Positions 20,806 to 29,854 are shown, counted from the stretch's first letter. The stretch: 64,000 nucleotides of DNA from an uncultured Alphaproteobacteria bacterium (GCA_902577425.1 CACGZD010000006.1:10722-74721); one strand, 5' to 3'. The notes: generated by a model from the sequence alone, not told the origin. Numbers and translations: made by a program.

Positions 20806-21977
20806 TAAGATGCTTGTTTAATTCTAGCCTTACTCTTATCTTTAAAATGAGGTATTACTTTTTCAGTAAACATTTTAATACTATTCATACAATCTTTATG
20901 ATTTACACCTGGAAAATTTGACCACACTTGCAAGTATTTTAAGTTTAATTCTGATTGTAATTCTTCAATTTTCGAAATAACATAGTCAATTGTACCAAAC
21001 AGCATATTACGCTCATGGAGAAAGTCATAATTAAGTAAATCAAGTTTATTTTCAGTTTTTGGAAGTTCTTCATCAGGATTCATATGATTACCTAAGCCTC
21101 TCCAATGACATACCCACTTAATATAATTTATCATTTGTTCGCCAGCTTTTTCCTTAGCTTCTTCCATCGAATTAGCTAAAAACATATCTCTTACCAAACA
21201 TATTCCTTCGCCCATTTCGACATTTCTTTTTTCAATTTTTGATTTAGCATTTTTGTAAACCTCAAAACGTTTTTTTAGAGTTTTAACTGTAGGTATCCAC
21301 ATTATAGTATTGATATTATTTTTTGCTGCCCACTCTATAGAACTGTTACTATCTACTACTTGCCAAAGAGGAGGGTGGGGTTTCTGAATGGTTCTAGGCA
21401 CAATACTTAATTTCTTTAAAATTTTTGTTTTAATATCCATAAATTCTTCATCAGGAGGGCTCATACTATGATTCCATTCAAAATTTGGAGTAGGGTATGT
21501 ATAAAATTCACCCTTGTGTTCAAAAAATTTTTCAGACCATGCTTTTTTTAATATTGTTATTGTTTCTTCAAATAATCTAAAATTTTTTTCATTATTCTTT
21601 GTGTCTGCCTCCGGATTAATGTTTAAGGCTTCTCTTCCATAAATTCCTCTTCCAATTCCAGCCTCGACTCTTCCATTAGATAATTGATCTAATAAGGCTA
21701 TATCTTCAGCTATTCTTATTGGATTCCAAAAAGTAATAATACTTGCAGCTTGACCTATACGAATATTATTTGTTCTTGCAGCTATATCTGCACTTAACAT
21801 TAGTGGGTTGGGGCATATTTCCATTCCTTCATGACTAAAATGATGTTCAGTGAACCAAATAGAGTCCCAATTATTTTGATCACAATAAATGGATATTTCT
21901 CTTATTTCATCTAAGATTTGATTATATTTTTTTTTATTATTCCAATTTGTTGAATTACAAAAATAACCGAATTTCAT
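20805..21977 (-). CDS. LLM-class (luciferase-like) flavin-dependent monooxygenase
   Basis: WFTEHHF, PNPL, RIAEDIALLDQLSNGRVEAGIGRG. The true start is probably MKFGYF at 21977, after the SD GGAGG (ORF track start 22013). Confidence 0.9.
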   Translation of the reverse strand: MKFGYFCNSTNWNNKKKYNQILDEIREISIYCDQNNWDSIWFTEHHFSHEGMEICPNPLMLSADIAARTNNIRIGQAASIITFWNPIRIAEDIALLDQLSNGRVEAGIGRGIYGREALNINPEADTKNNEKNFRLFEETITILKKAWSEKFFEHKGEFYTYPTPNFEWNHSMSPPDEEFMDIKTKILKKLSIVPRTIQKPHPPLWQVVDSNSSIEWAAKNNINTIMWIPTVKTLKKRFEVYKNAKSKIEKRNVEMGEGICLVRDMFLANSMEEAKEKAGEQMINYIKWVCHWRGLGNHMNPDEELPKTENKLDLLNYDFLHERNMLFGTIDYVISKIEELQSELNLKYLQVWSNFPGVNHKDCMNSIKMFTEKVIPHFKDKSKARIKQAS

Positions 21978-22053
21978 ACCTACCCTCCAACTTTTGTAGG
22001 CGACCGATCCCACTTTCGTATTTTACGACGAGTTATGTATCGCAATATACATA
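21978..22053 (-). promoter_or_regulatory. Candidate structured 5' leader of the LLM gene
   Basis: Locally GC-rich. Hairpins UAUGUAU/AUACAUA and UCGUA/UACGA, plus GCCUAC/GUAGGU enclosing the SD. Confidence 0.4.
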
Positions 22054-22149
22054 GTATTCTTTACTGAGAAAAAAACAATAAATATGTAATAAATTGTTAA
22101 TTAAAACTGTGATAATGTTAATTTATTTAATAAAAGCTTTAATTTATTA

Positions 22150-22809
22150 ATGATTAAAAATATAATATTCGATTTTGATGGAGTTCTGGTGGATAGTGAG
22201 AAACTTGTTGGTCAGGCTTTTGCACAATATTTGATAAATAGAAATATCCCATTTTCTGAACAAGAATTTGCACTTTATGCTGGAAAAAAAACTATACATA
22301 TAATTCAAGAACTTTCTGAAAAATTTAATATTGAAAATCAAAAAATTTTTTTTGATGATATTATGAAAATTGCCTTAGATATTTTTGTAAATGAATTAAC
22401 ACCAGTACCAGGAGTAGAAAGTTTTTTAAAAAATTCAAATTGTAATTTTTTTATTGGATCTAATAGTATGAAAGAAAGAATTCTTATAGGTTTAAAAAAA
22501 GTAAATTTCGAAAGTTATTTTAAAGAAGATAAAATATTTTCTTTTGATATGGTGAGTAATCCAAAACCAGAGCCAGATGTATATTTAAAAGCAATAGAAA
22601 CTTATAAACTAAATAAAGATGAAACAATTATTATTGAAGATAGTGCAGTAGGAGTAACTGCAGGCGTAAAAGCAGGTGTAAAAGTTGTGGGCTTAACTGC
22701 TGGAGGACATTGGTTTCCTAATAGATCAAAACAAGAATTACTAGATGCAGGAGCTGATTTAATTATTGATAGTTATATTGATTTATCTAAACAAATTATA
22801 GACTTATGA
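22150..22809 (+). CDS. HAD-family phosphatase (subfamily IA)
   Basis: FDFDGVLVDSE, KPEPDVY, IIEDS. Confidence 0.9.
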   Translation: MIKNIIFDFDGVLVDSEKLVGQAFAQYLINRNIPFSEQEFALYAGKKTIHIIQELSEKFNIENQKIFFDDIMKIALDIFVNELTPVPGVESFLKNSNCNFFIGSNSMKERILIGLKKVNFESYFKEDKIFSFDMVSNPKPEPDVYLKAIETYKLNKDETIIIEDSAVGVTAGVKAGVKVVGLTAGGHWFPNRSKQELLDAGADLIIDSYIDLSKQIIDL

Positions 22810-23270
22810 CTGAAGGACCATTAGTTAAAGGAAATCCTCTAAGAATTTCAGTCTATGCATTATTTTTTTGTTATATTATTGGGGAATTTATTTTACCAAA
22901 GTATCATTTAATTTATATTATTAATTTAATAGGCATAATTGGTTTAATTATTAGTCTAATATTTTTCATTTCTGGATTTGAAATTTTTAAATCTTATAAA
23001 GAAAACCCTGTTCCAACTTCAGCTTCTAAAAGATTAATTAAAACTGGAATTTTTGCATATACTCGCAATCCTATTTATTTATCCTTTGTTTTATTCCATT
23101 TTAGTATGTTTCTTGTTTTTGAAAATGTTATGTATTTTTTAACTTCTATAATATTGTTTATATGGATACATAATTATGTAATTAAACCAGAAGAAGAATA
23201 TCTGACTAATACTTTTGGAGATGAATACATAAGATATAAAGAAGCTGTTAGTAAATGGATTATTTTTTAA
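22806..23270 (+). CDS. Isoprenylcysteine carboxylmethyltransferase/PEMT-family membrane protein
   Basis: LIKTGIFAYTRNPIYL, EEEYL...FGDEYIRYK. Confidence 0.88.
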   Translation: MTEGPLVKGNPLRISVYALFFCYIIGEFILPKYHLIYIINLIGIIGLIISLIFFISGFEIFKSYKENPVPTSASKRLIKTGIFAYTRNPIYLSFVLFHFSMFLVFENVMYFLTSIILFIWIHNYVIKPEEEYLTNTFGDEYIRYKEAVSKWIIF

Positions 23271-23470
23271 TATAGAAGTATATAAGAGATTTAGAGTTAT
23301 GATTAAATTATTAATATTTTTTATAATATTAATAAGTCATAATAGATATGCCCAATACGACTCTAAAGACAAAAATAGAGTAATAGATACTTCTGATCAA
23401 ATAATAATTTTATATAATTTAGCTAAAAAAAATATTGAAGATAAAGAATTAAAAAATGAAATATTAAATT

Positions 23471-24331
23471 TTAATTATATATTAAATTTTTAATTCTTTG
23501 ATTTTTATCAATTTTGATCACTATGTCAGCTTTTTTTGGCAGTACTTTAATCATAAATTTAGTAATTTTTTCATAATGAGATATAAAATATTTCAATTCT
23601 TTTTTATTCATGATTTTTTTATTATGTTTTTTTATCATCATTTTTTCTTGTTTAGATCTCCAATTTAAAACATAGTCAAAACTTGGAGATTTTAAAAAAA
23701 TTTTCTTTCCAAACAGATTAAATAAATTTGCATATTCATTTTTTAATTTTTGATTATAAAAATTTCTCCATATCATTTCAGGATCTTCTTTTTTTTCTAA
23801 AAAATTAATATTTTTATATAAATATTTTTTTTGTATTGGGGGTGTTCCACAACACCATCCTTCAAGCATTAAAATATCAGCTTTTTTTATTATTTTTTCT
23901 CTTTTCTTTGAACGATCATCCTTAAGTTTATCAAATATAGGTTTAATAATAGGATACTTCTTATTTTGAAACGAAATAATATCCTTTGTTAATTTATTTA
24001 TATCATGTGTTCCTGGAACACCTCTAGTAATTAAGAGTGGGTGGATTTTTTTTGACAATATTAGTCTTTCTTTTTTTGATAAATAATAATCATCTAAACT
24101 TAATGTTAATATTTTTTTTTTATAAAATTTAGAAACATTTTTTTCAATAATTTTTAGTAAGGTTGATTTACCAATACCTTGAGACCCAGAAATCAAAATT
24201 TTTTTTTGTTTTGAATTAGCAATATTGTCAATTATAGGTAATATATATTTACTTATGTATTTTTTTGGAAATTTTTTCTTAGTTAAAATGTTTAAGTCAT
24301 TACTTATTGAATTGACAATTTTATTTTTCAT
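23471..24331 (-). CDS. P-loop kinase, plant-type D-glycerate 3-kinase (GLYK)-like
   Basis: SGSQGIGKST, SLDDYY, RGVPGTHD, EGWCCG, WRxxQE. Confidence 0.75.
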   Translation of the reverse strand: MKNKIVNSISNDLNILTKKKFPKKYISKYILPIIDNIANSKQKKILISGSQGIGKSTLLKIIEKNVSKFYKKKILTLSLDDYYLSKKERLILSKKIHPLLITRGVPGTHDINKLTKDIISFQNKKYPIIKPIFDKLKDDRSKKREKIIKKADILMLEGWCCGTPPIQKKYLYKNINFLEKKEDPEMIWRNFYNQKLKNEYANLFNLFGKKIFLKSPSFDYVLNWRSKQEKMMIKKHNKKIMNKKELKYFISHYEKITKFMIKVLPKKADIVIKIDKNQRIKNLIYN

Positions 24332-24391
24332 AATATTTATGTATCAATTTACTATATTAAAGCTAAGAGTATATAGAAAGTATAGCAACTT

Positions 24392-24985
24392 ATGAAATTT
24401 TTATTTGATTTAGGTGGTGTATTTTTTGATTGGGATCCTAAATTTTTTTTTAAAAAAATAATTTCTGACAATGATGAAATGGATTTTTTTTTAACAAAAG
24501 TTTGCAATGATGAATGGAATTTAGCCCAAGACTCAGGGCGCAGCATTGAAGATGGAGAAAAAGATATTATTAGAAAATTTCCTCAATATGAAAATCTTAT
24601 CAGGCAATACTATCCAAATCATAGAAAAATGATTAAAGGAATTTTTCAGTCTTCAGTTAATATTTTAATAAAATTAAAACAAGATAATTATGAATGTTTC
24701 GTTCTATCTAACTGGTCTTCTGAAACATTTATAGATATACCTAAAGAATTCAAATTTATGGAAAATTTTGATGGTTTGTTGATTTCTGGAGAAGATAAGC
24801 TTGTTAAACCTGATCCTAAAATTTATTTATTAGCTATAGATAGATTTAATTTAGATCCACAAAATACTGTATTTATTGATGATAAGTTAGTAAATATTGA
24901 AGCTGCTAAAAAACTAGGATTTAAAACAATACATTTGACTAATCCTAATACAATTGAAGCTGAGATAAATAAGTTTATAAAATAA
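24392..24985 (+). CDS. HAD-family phosphatase/dehalogenase-like
   Basis: FDLGGV, LSN, KPDPKIY, FIDD. Confidence 0.88.
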   Translation: MKFLFDLGGVFFDWDPKFFFKKIISDNDEMDFFLTKVCNDEWNLAQDSGRSIEDGEKDIIRKFPQYENLIRQYYPNHRKMIKGIFQSSVNILIKLKQDNYECFVLSNWSSETFIDIPKEFKFMENFDGLLISGEDKLVKPDPKIYLLAIDRFNLDPQNTVFIDDKLVNIEAAKKLGFKTIHLTNPNTIEAEINKFIK

Positions 24986-25023
24986 AATAAAGTCATTAAA
25001 TATAATTTAAATTTAATTTTATT

Positions 25024-25097
25024 AAAAAAATCATTGAGCAGAGAAGTTTGCCAGAGGAATACTTCTAGGAGGAAATAATATGAAACTCTCTGCTCAT
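25024..25097 (-). ncRNA. Candidate small RNA with anti-SD/anti-AUG internal loop
   Basis: 14-bp outer stem (25035-25049 / 25083-25096), internal CAUAUUAUUUCCUCC, U7 tail. A LacI-type operator and a TATATT hexamer lie immediately upstream on the minus strand. Confidence 0.55.
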
Positions 25098-25110
25098 AAT
25101 AATAATATAA

Positions 25111-25124
25111 CCAAAACGTTTTGG
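25111..25124. promoter_or_regulatory. LacI-family operator (second copy)
   Basis: Perfect palindrome CCAAAACGTTTTGG, 13/14 identical to the site upstream of aglE. Confidence 0.75.
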
Positions 25125-25140
25125 AGTAATAAAATAGGAA

Positions 25141-25191
25141 CGAATCGGTAATATTTATAAATTATTAATGATTAATAAATATACCGATTCG
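25141..25191 (-). terminator. Long inverted repeat, probable terminator of the agl operon
   Basis: cgaatcggta(a)tatttat ... ataaata-taccgattcg, 17 bp downstream of the ATPase stop. Confidence 0.55.
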
Positions 25192-25208
25192 ATTAATTAT
25201 TGTTATTA

Positions 25209-26288
25209 TTATTTAAAAGCTTGGTTGTTACTATCAAATAATTGACAACGTGAAGCTGTGAATCCAACTTTTACAGTATCGCCAACCTTAATATTAGAAT
25301 CGCCTTCAGTTTCTACAACGAGAGGTTCGCCATCTTTTTCCAAATATAGAAATGTACCAGATCCAAGTTTTTCAACTACAAAAACTTTACTTTCCCAACT
25401 TGAATCACCATCTTGATTAACCAATAAGTGTTCAGGTCTAATGCCCAATGTAACTGAGTCACCATTTGATGAGTTTGAAGATGTTTTTGGTATTGTGATT
25501 TTGGATGTTCCAAAAATATCTATTTCTGTAGAGTTATTCGTAGAACTTAAGATTTTAGAATCAATAAAATTCATTTTTGGCGATCCAATAAAGCCTCCTA
25601 CAAAAAGATTTGATGGATTGCTATACAATTCCATAGGAGAGCCTTTTTGTGATACTATACCTTCATCTAAAACAACTATATCATCTGCTAATGTCATTGC
25701 CTCAGTTTGATCGTGTGTTACATAAATCATTGTTGCGTTAAGTTGATCATGTAATTTAGCTAACTCAACACGCATTTGAACTCGAAGAGCTGCATCCAGA
25801 TTTGATAAAGGCTCATCGAATAAGAAAACTTTTGGTTTTCTGGTTATAGCTCTACCAATGGCTACACGTTGTCTTTGACCTCCAGAAAGTTGCTTTGGTT
25901 TTCTTTGAAGATAATCTTCAATTTGTAAAATCCTTGCTGCTTCTTGCACTCTTTCATTTATTTCATCTTTTGATCTTTTTTCTAATTTTAACCCAAAAGC
26001 CATATTATCAAAAACTGTCATATGTGGGTACAAGGCATAAGACTGAAATACCATTGCAATATTTCTCTGTTTAGGAGGAAGATCATTAACGACTTCTCCA
26101 TCAATAGAAATTGTCCCAGAATTAATATCTTCTAATCCTGCAATCATTCTTAACATCGTTGATTTTCCACACCCACTTGGGCCAACCAAAACTGTAAAAG
26201 ATTGACTTTTTATATCAAGAGAAATGTCTTTAATAACATGAACATCTCCATAATATTTATTTATAGTATTTATATTTATATCTGCCAC
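25209..26288 (-). CDS. aglK: Sugar ABC transporter ATP-binding protein (MalK/AglK)
   Basis: GPSGCGKST, FQSYALYPHM, LSGGQRQR, DEPLSNLD, YVTHDQ. Likely GTG start at 26288 after AAGGAGGA (ORF track start 26315). Confidence 0.88.
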   Translation of the reverse strand: MADININTINKYYGDVHVIKDISLDIKSQSFTVLVGPSGCGKSTMLRMIAGLEDINSGTISIDGEVVNDLPPKQRNIAMVFQSYALYPHMTVFDNMAFGLKLEKRSKDEINERVQEAARILQIEDYLQRKPKQLSGGQRQRVAIGRAITRKPKVFLFDEPLSNLDAALRVQMRVELAKLHDQLNATMIYVTHDQTEAMTLADDIVVLDEGIVSQKGSPMELYSNPSNLFVGGFIGSPKMNFIDSKILSSTNNSTEIDIFGTSKITIPKTSSNSSNGDSVTLGIRPEHLLVNQDGDSSWESKVFVVEKLGSGTFLYLEKDGEPLVVETEGDSNIKVGDTVKVGFTASRCQLFDSNNQAFK

Positions 26289-26352
26289 TTCATCCTCCTT
26301 TGAGCGATCTTTCAAGCAGATTTAGTTTATTCCAATATTGATTTAGAAGCAA

Positions 26353-27666
26353 CTAAATTAAATAACCAAGGTGTTGATATTGTTTTTCTATCATATGATT
26401 TAAAAGCTTTTCTGCATTATTTACATTATTAACTACTGGATCAGCTAAAAGGGCTTTTAGAGCTTTGTCTTTAGATTTTTCCAGAATTGCTTCAGCTGTT
26501 AATCTCATTACGCTTACTTGACTTAGTAACAAAGTAGAAAAATCAAAAGGATAATTTTCTAATTTAATACCATGAATTCCTTCTTTATTAATTTTTCCAG
26601 GTACTTCCACTACAATATTTTCAGGCAAATATTCTATATATCCTTTATTAGGTAAATTTACTGCAGCTTCCTCATAATTTAAATCTTGAATTATTCCCTC
26701 AATAATTTTTACTACTCGTTCTTTTGGTTTTTTTTGAAGATCAAAATAATCTTGGTATGATTCTTCATTCTCATAAAATGTAAGACATTTTTCTCTATAT
26801 TTTGTATAAAACTCTAAAATAGCTTCATGATCAGCTACACTATACGCCCATTGAATATATTCTCCTAAATGACTATCTGTTGTAATTGGAAGATAATTGT
26901 ATCTATTAAATAATTCAAAAAAAACTCCTCTTTCTGCACCAGGCTTTTGTCCCCAAATTTCATGATCATTTACATAATTTTTGAAATATTCAGGTCCTTT
27001 TTTTCTAATGATTGAATATGCGTCTTTTGCTGTATCTTTAAATTTTGCTTCTGTAAGAATACTTAAATGATTTAATCCTCCAGCTCTATATTCAATATTT
27101 TCAAATGGAGTATTTAAAATATCTGGAAGTTGTCTTTCCATGGATGCTATCTCATGGCAAAGACCTATAAATTTCATTGAAGGATATTTTGTAGTTATTG
27201 TTTGACAAACTCGTTGCATAGGATTTGAATAATTGAAAACATACGCATTTGGACAAATTTTATTAATATCATCACAAATTTCAACTATTGGTGGTGTAAC
27301 TCTTAGAGAATGAAAAAGACCTCCAGGACCCCCATTCTCTCCAAAAACTTGTTTAAAGCCATATTGAAGAGGAACTTTCCAATCTTGATCCCATAAATCA
27401 AATCTTGGTTGTACTTCAATTGATATAATACAAAAATCAGCATTTTTGATAGCGTCTTTTCTTGAGGTGGTTGCTTCTATTCTAAAGTTTAAATTTAATT
27501 TTTCTTTATATTTCTTTGCTATTAATTCTGTATTTTTTAAAGATTCAGCATTGATATCATGCAGAACAATTGTAGATTTATCAAGTATCTTTGATTTAAA
27601 AATATCACCTATTGTTCCTAATCCAAAGTTTGTGCTCCCAGCTCCAATCAAAACAATTTTACTCAT
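26353..27666 (-). CDS. Family 4 glycoside hydrolase (NAD/Mn-dependent alpha-glucosidase/alpha-galactosidase)
   Basis: LIGAGS, GENGGPGG, NYSNP, GLCHE, GLNH, VVEVP. Confidence 0.9.
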   Translation of the reverse strand: MSKIVLIGAGSTNFGLGTIGDIFKSKILDKSTIVLHDINAESLKNTELIAKKYKEKLNLNFRIEATTSRKDAIKNADFCIISIEVQPRFDLWDQDWKVPLQYGFKQVFGENGGPGGLFHSLRVTPPIVEICDDINKICPNAYVFNYSNPMQRVCQTITTKYPSMKFIGLCHEIASMERQLPDILNTPFENIEYRAGGLNHLSILTEAKFKDTAKDAYSIIRKKGPEYFKNYVNDHEIWGQKPGAERGVFFELFNRYNYLPITTDSHLGEYIQWAYSVADHEAILEFYTKYREKCLTFYENEESYQDYFDLQKKPKERVVKIIEGIIQDLNYEEAAVNLPNKGYIEYLPENIVVEVPGKINKEGIHGIKLENYPFDFSTLLLSQVSVMRLTAEAILEKSKDKALKALLADPVVNNVNNAEKLLNHMIEKQYQHLGYLI

Positions 27667-27669
27667 AAT

Positions 27670-28809
27670 TTAACCCTTTACTGACCCTGCAACTAAACCT
27701 CTAATAAAATATCTTTGTAGTAAAAAAAATATCAAAAGAGGGACTGTCATAGATACAAATGCGCCTGTTGTCAAAATTTCCCAATTCTCTCCTCTTGATC
27801 CCAAAAGCTCTCTTAATTTTGCAGTAATAATTATTTCACTTGGTACTTGATCTAAAAATACTAAACCTACTAATAAATCATTCCAAACCCACAAAAATTG
27901 AAGAATAAATACAGAAGCAAAAGCTGGAATCGATAAAGGTAAAATAATTTTTTTAAATATATCGTAATGATTGGCTCCATCAACTCTTGCAGCCTCTATC
28001 ATTTCATGAGGTAAAGATTTAATAAAATTTCTTAAGAGAAAAGTAGTTGAAGCTAAGCCAAAACCAGTATGCGCCATCCATACACCGGGATAAGATTTGG
28101 AACTAATATTAAATAAATTACTAATATCATTATAAAGACTTAAAAGAGGAATTAAGGACATTTGTAAGGGCACTACAAGAGAGGCAATTACAGTAGCTAA
28201 CAACAAATCTTTACCAAAAAATCTCATCCAAGAAAGAGCATAAGCAAAAAATGAACAAATTATTAATGGTATCACTGTAGATGGAATTGCCACAGCTAAT
28301 GTATTAATAAATGCCTGACCAACACCTTCATTTAGCAGAACTTCTTTATAATTATTTAATGTAAATTTTGGAGGACTACTAGCTGTTATAAAAACTCTTT
28401 TACCTTTTTTATTCTCAAAGGGTATTTGAGATTTCCAAATATAGTCACCAGTTTCACTAATTTCTATTTTACTTCCATCTTTAAAAATTGCTTCTTCATT
28501 GATTAAAAATTCATTTATATTTTTAGAAGTTATTCCAAAACTTTTAATTTTTTTTCCAGTTTTTGTGTTAAATATATTTCCTTTAATAATATAATTATTA
28601 TTTTCTTTAAATTGAGATTCATATCCTGCTGTTCTATAAATTTCATTAATTTCAGTAGTAAATAATGATGTCCACCAACCACTTGTAGCAAGTAAATCTT
28701 TATCTCTAAATGAACTTATTAAAAGTCCAAAGGTTGGAATAATCCAAACTATTACAAAAATTAATAAAATTATTTGTGAAACAATTGAAGAAAAAAAACT
28801 TTTTTTCAT
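27670..28809 (-). CDS. aglG: Alpha-glucoside ABC permease (AglG-like)
   Basis: SGWW motif, large periplasmic loop, EAARVDGA, LQRYFIRGLVAGSVKG. Confidence 0.8.
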   Translation of the reverse strand: MKKSFFSSIVSQIILLIFVIVWIIPTFGLLISSFRDKDLLATSGWWTSLFTTEINEIYRTAGYESQFKENNNYIIKGNIFNTKTGKKIKSFGITSKNINEFLINEEAIFKDGSKIEISETGDYIWKSQIPFENKKGKRVFITASSPPKFTLNNYKEVLLNEGVGQAFINTLAVAIPSTVIPLIICSFFAYALSWMRFFGKDLLLATVIASLVVPLQMSLIPLLSLYNDISNLFNISSKSYPGVWMAHTGFGLASTTFLLRNFIKSLPHEMIEAARVDGANHYDIFKKIILPLSIPAFASVFILQFLWVWNDLLVGLVFLDQVPSEIIITAKLRELLGSRGENWEILTTGAFVSMTVPLLIFFLLQRYFIRGLVAGSVKG

Positions 28810-29792
28810 TATATTTTTTGTTCCTCTTTATGTCTGTATATGTTTAATATCATTATTGGAATAACAGCAATCATTATAATTATTGCAAATACACTTCCTC
28901 TTCCTGAATCACCGCCACCCCTAAACATCCAGTCGTACATAAGATTAGCTAAGACATCTGTTTGCCACATACCATTTGTAAGAGCTAAAATTATATCAAA
29001 GATTTTCAATACAAGTATTGTGATTATGGTCCATATAACTAATATTGTTTGTTGAAGATAAGGAATAATTATTGAAGTAAATATTTTTAATTCATTTGCT
29101 CCATCAATTCTAGCTGCCTCTAGCATATCTTTTGGAACACCTCTTAAGGCGGCACTAAAAATTACCATAGCTAAACCTGTTTGTATCCAAATCATCACTG
29201 CCATTAAAAAAAGATTGTTCCAAAGTGGAATAGTTAACCAAGCTTGAGGTTCGTATCCAAGAAATACTATAATTGCATTTAAAAAACCTATTTGTTGATC
29301 TCCAGGACCCCTGTAATCATAAACAAATTTCCAAATAACACCAGCACCTACAAATGATATTGCCATAGGCATAAAAATAAGAGACTTTGCAATTGTTCCC
29401 CACCAAAGTTTGTCTGCTAAATTAGCGATAACTAAACCAAAAAAAGTACTTAATGTTGGAACTATTAAAAGCCAGCCAAGATTATTTAAAATGGCTCTTT
29501 TGAATTCGGGGTTTTGTATAGCCCAAATATAATTGCTAATTCCTACAAAATCTCTACCATATTTATCATAAAAGCTCAGTCTTACAGTTTCAAAAACTGG
29601 ATATAAAATGAATATTAAGAGAACAATAAAACCTGGCGCTATAAAAATTATTACCCTTATTGACGAGTCATTTATTGATTTTTTAGAAGTTTTTTCAGTA
29701 AAAAAATCTAATAAAAAATTAGATAAATGAAAGTATGCAACGCATACCAACACTCCAATAAAGATATATACAAATAAAGAAAAAATAGTCAC
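28809..29792 (-). CDS. aglF: Alpha-glucoside ABC permease (AglF-like)
   Basis: FMPMAISFVGAGVIWKFVY, WIQTG, EAARIDGA. Confidence 0.8.
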   Translation of the reverse strand: MTIFSLFVYIFIGVLVCVAYFHLSNFLLDFFTEKTSKKSINDSSIRVIIFIAPGFIVLLIFILYPVFETVRLSFYDKYGRDFVGISNYIWAIQNPEFKRAILNNLGWLLIVPTLSTFFGLVIANLADKLWWGTIAKSLIFMPMAISFVGAGVIWKFVYDYRGPGDQQIGFLNAIIVFLGYEPQAWLTIPLWNNLFLMAVMIWIQTGLAMVIFSAALRGVPKDMLEAARIDGANELKIFTSIIIPYLQQTILVIWTIITILVLKIFDIILALTNGMWQTDVLANLMYDWMFRGGGDSGRGSVFAIIIMIAVIPIMILNIYRHKEEQKI

Positions 29793-29808
29793 AAGAAAAT
29801 ATTATATT

Positions 29809-29844
29809 AAAAAATTAGACGAGCAAGTTAATTGCTCGTCTAAT
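29809..29844 (-). terminator. Intra-operon stem-loop/terminator after the SBP gene
   Basis: attagacgagcaa-gttaa-ttgctcgtctaat 13-bp stem followed by a U-run on the minus strand. Confidence 0.75.
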
Positions 29845-29854
29845 ATAGGAGGTA

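Noticed and set aside
23299-23493. 64-aa ORF with a signal-like N-terminus
   Set aside because: No recognisable motif, low complexity, and it overlaps the neighbouring stop. It may be a gene remnant, but I cannot support it.
20011-24331. Many A/T homopolymer runs as phase-variation sites
   Set aside because: They are expected at this AT content, and the reading frames here are intact. Only the DUF2256 run shows an actual frameshift.
25080-25151. Plus-strand 23-aa ORF MKLSAHNNNITKTFWSNKIGTNR with a perfect AGGAGG RBS (possible leader peptide or type I toxin)
   Set aside because: It is not hydrophobic, leads into no downstream gene, and runs through the operator palindrome. The RBS-like text is better explained as the complement of an anti-SD RNA. 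Not fully excluded without ribosome profiling.
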